Origin: Squalus acanthias
Lineage: Eukaryota
DNA length: 64,000 nt
Assembly (NCBI GenBank): GCA_030390025.1
Contig: CM059432.1
Span: forward strand, 56,236,001-56,300,000
Direction: 5' to 3'
Below the pieces are notes generated by a model. The model did not search any database and had not been told where the DNA came from. It worked only from the letters and a program-made list of their open reading frames with translations. A program made the translations under genes and the position numbers. Of this stretch, positions 61,579 through 64,000 are shown piece after piece; position 1 is the first letter of the stretch; the number at the start of each line of letters is the position of its first letter.

Positions 61579-64000
61579 CTTCTCTCTCTCTCTCTCCTCC
61601 CTCTTTCTCTCTCTCTCCTCCCTCTTTCTCTCTCTCTCCTCCCTCTTTCTCTCTTTCTCTCTCCTCCCTCTTTCTCTCTCTCTCTCTCTCTCTCCCCCTC
61701 CCTCTTCTCTCTCCCCCTCCCTCTTTCTCTCTCCCCCTCCCTCTTTCTCTCTCCCCCTCCCTCTTTCTCTCTCTCCCCCTCCCTCTTTCTCTCTCTCCCC
61801 CTCCCTCTTTCTCTCTCTCCCCCTCCCTCTTTCTCTCTCTCTCCCCCTCCCTCTTTCTCTCTCTCCCCCTCCCTCTTTCTCTCTCTCCCCCTCCCTCTTT
61901 CTCTCTCTCCCCCTCCCTCTTTCTCTCTCTCCCCCTCCCTCTTTCTCTCTCTCCCCCTCCCTCTTTCTCTCTCTCCCCCCTCCCTCTTTCTCTCTCTCCC
62001 CCCCTCCCTCTTTCTCTCTCCCCCCTCCCTCTTTCTCTCTCTCCCCCTCCCTCTTTCTCTCTCTCCCCCTCCCTCTTTCTCTCTCTCTCCCCCTCCCTCT
62101 TTATCTCTCTCTCCTCCCTCCCTCTTTCTCTCTCTCTCCTCCCTCTCTTTCTCTCTCTCTCTCCTCCCTCTCTTTCTCTCTCTCTCTCCTCCCTCCCTCT
62201 TTCTCTCTCTCCTCCCTCCCTCTTTCTCTCTCTCCTCCCTCCCTCTTTCTCTCTCTCCTCCCTCCCTCTTTCTCTCTCCCTCCTCCCTCCTTCTCTCTCT
62301 CCCTCCTCCCTCTTTCTCTCTCTCTCCCTCCTCCCTCTTTCTCTCTCTCCCTCCTCCCTCTTTCTCTCTCTCCCTCCTCCCTCTTTCTCTCTCTCCCTCC
62401 TCCCTCTTTCTCTCTCTCTCCCCCTCCCTCTTTCTCTCTCTCTCCCCCACCCTCTTTCTCTCTCTCTCCCCCTCCCTCTTTCTCTCTCTCTCCCCCTCCC
62501 TCTTTCTCTCTCTCTCCCCCTCCCTCTTTCTCTCTCTCCCCCTCCCTCTTTCTCTCTCTCCCCCTCCCTCTTTCTCTCTCTCTCTCCTCCCTCCCTCTTT
62601 CTCTCTCTCTCCTCCCTCCCTCTTTCTCTCTCTCTCTCCTCCCTCCCTCTTTCTCTCTCTCCTCCCTCCCTCTTTCTCTCTCTCCTCCCTCCTTCTCTCT
62701 CTCCCTCCTCCCTCCTTCTCTCTCTCCCTCCTCCCTCTTTCTCTCTCTCTCCCTCCTCCCTCTTTCTCTCTCTCCCTCCTCCCTCTTTCTCTCTCTCCCT
62801 CCTCCCTCTTTCTCTCTCTCCCTCCTCCCTCTTTCTCTCTCTCTCCCCCTCCCTCTTTCTCTCTCTCTCCCCCTCCCTCTTTCTCTCTCTCTCCCCCCTC
62901 CCTCTTTCTCTCTCTCTCCCCCTCCCTCTTCTCTCTCCCTCCCCCTCCCTCTTTCTCTCTCTCTCCCCCTCCCTCTTTCTCTCTCTCTCTCCTCCCTCCC
63001 TCTCTCTCTCCTCCCTCCCTCTTTCTCTCTCTCCTCCCTCCCTCTTTCTCTCTCTCCTCCCTCCCTCTTTCTCCCTCCTCCCTCCTTCTCTCTCTCCCTC
63101 CTCCCTCCTTCTCTCTCTCCCTCCTCCCTCTTTCTCTCTCTCCCTCCTCCCTCTTTCTCTCTCTCCCTCCTCCCTCTTTCTCTCTCTCCCTCCTCCCTCT
63201 TTCTCTCCCCCTCCCTCTTTCTCTCTCTCTCCCCCTCCCTCTTTCTCTCTCTCTCCCCCTCCCTCTTTCTCTCTCTCTCCCCTCCCTCTTTCTCTCTCTC
63301 TCCCCTCCCTCTTTCTCTCTCTCTCCCCCTCCCTCTTTCTCTCTCTCTCTCTCCCCCCCCTCTCTCTCTCCTCCCTCCCTCTTTCTCTCTCTCTCCTCCC
63401 TCCCTCTTTCTCTCTCTCTCCTCCCTCCCTCTTTCTCTCTCTCTCCTCCCTCCCTCTTTCTCTCTCTCCTCCCTCCCTCTTTCTCCCTCCTCCCTCTTTC
63501 TCCCTCCTCCCTCTTTCTCTCTCCCTCCTCCCTCTTTCTCTCTCCTCCTCCCTCTTTCTCTCTCCCCCTCCCTCTTTCTCTCTCTCCCCCTCCCTCTTTC
63601 TCTCTCTCCCCCTCCCTCTTTCACTCTCTCTCCCCCTCCCTCTTTCTCTCTCTCTCCCCCCTCCCTCTTTCTCTCTCTCTCCCCCTCCCTCTTTCTCTCT
63701 CTCTCCCCCTCCCTCTTTCTCTCTCTCTCCCCCTCCCTCTTTCTCTCTCTCTCCCCCTCCCTCTTTCTCTCTCTCTCCCCCTCCCTCTTTCTCTCTCTCT
63801 CCCCCTCCCTCTTTCTCTCTCTCTCTCCCCCTCCCTCTTTCTCTCTCTCTCTCCCCCTCCCTCTTTCTCTCTCTCTCTCCCCCTCCCTCTTTCTCTCTCT
63901 CTCTCCCCCTCCCTCTTTCTCTCTCTCTCTCCCCCTCCCTCTTTCTCTCTCTCTCTCCCCCTCCCTCTTTCTCTCTCTCTCTCTCCCCCTCCCTCTTTCT
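61579..64000. repeat. Polypyrimidine (CT-rich) minisatellite, ~18-26-bp units, runs off the window end
   Basis: Units of (CT)n followed by CCCCCTCCC, CCTCCCTCCC or CCCTCCTCCC, then TCTTT. I see only three purines (A at 62103, 62449, 63623). Confidence 0.98.

Noticed and set aside
61548..63624. 300-aa and 507-aa E/R/G/K-rich ORFs on the minus strand
   Set aside because: They translate the GA-rich strand of the minisatellite, which has almost no T and so cannot contain stop codons.

Overview
Eukaryotic (vertebrate) genomic DNA. The repeat content (HE1/V-SINE, SacSINE1-like Deu-SINEs, HER1/CR1 LINEs, Penelope) points to a cartilaginous fish; this is an inference. The window holds the 5' part of TRAPPC9 (NIBP, TRAPPII subunit) on the + strand. 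Seven coding exons with canonical AG/GT sites (4883-5466, 16794-16939, 20728-20856, a 27-nt microexon at 31008-31034, 41683-41804, 56447-56572, 60752-60968) splice into one 1351-nt open frame that continues beyond the window. The non-coding first exon and promoter were not found. The introns are packed with transposons: many CR1 LINEs (one full-length copy nested in another with a 6-bp TSD), a tRNA-headed single-ORF LINE, a Penelope element with a minimal hammerhead motif, a decayed PIF/Harbinger transposon, several hairpin MITEs, a pogo/Tigger-like MITE with perfect TIRs, SINEs, and a >2.4-kb polypyrimidine array. The most unexpected item is a ~150-bp profilin-like coding fragment inserted, with flanking ACTTT repeats, inside a SINE. 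Almost all ORFs in the supplied track are transposon fragments or noise. Exon numbers follow my recollection of the human gene. All family assignments come from visual recognition, not from database searches.
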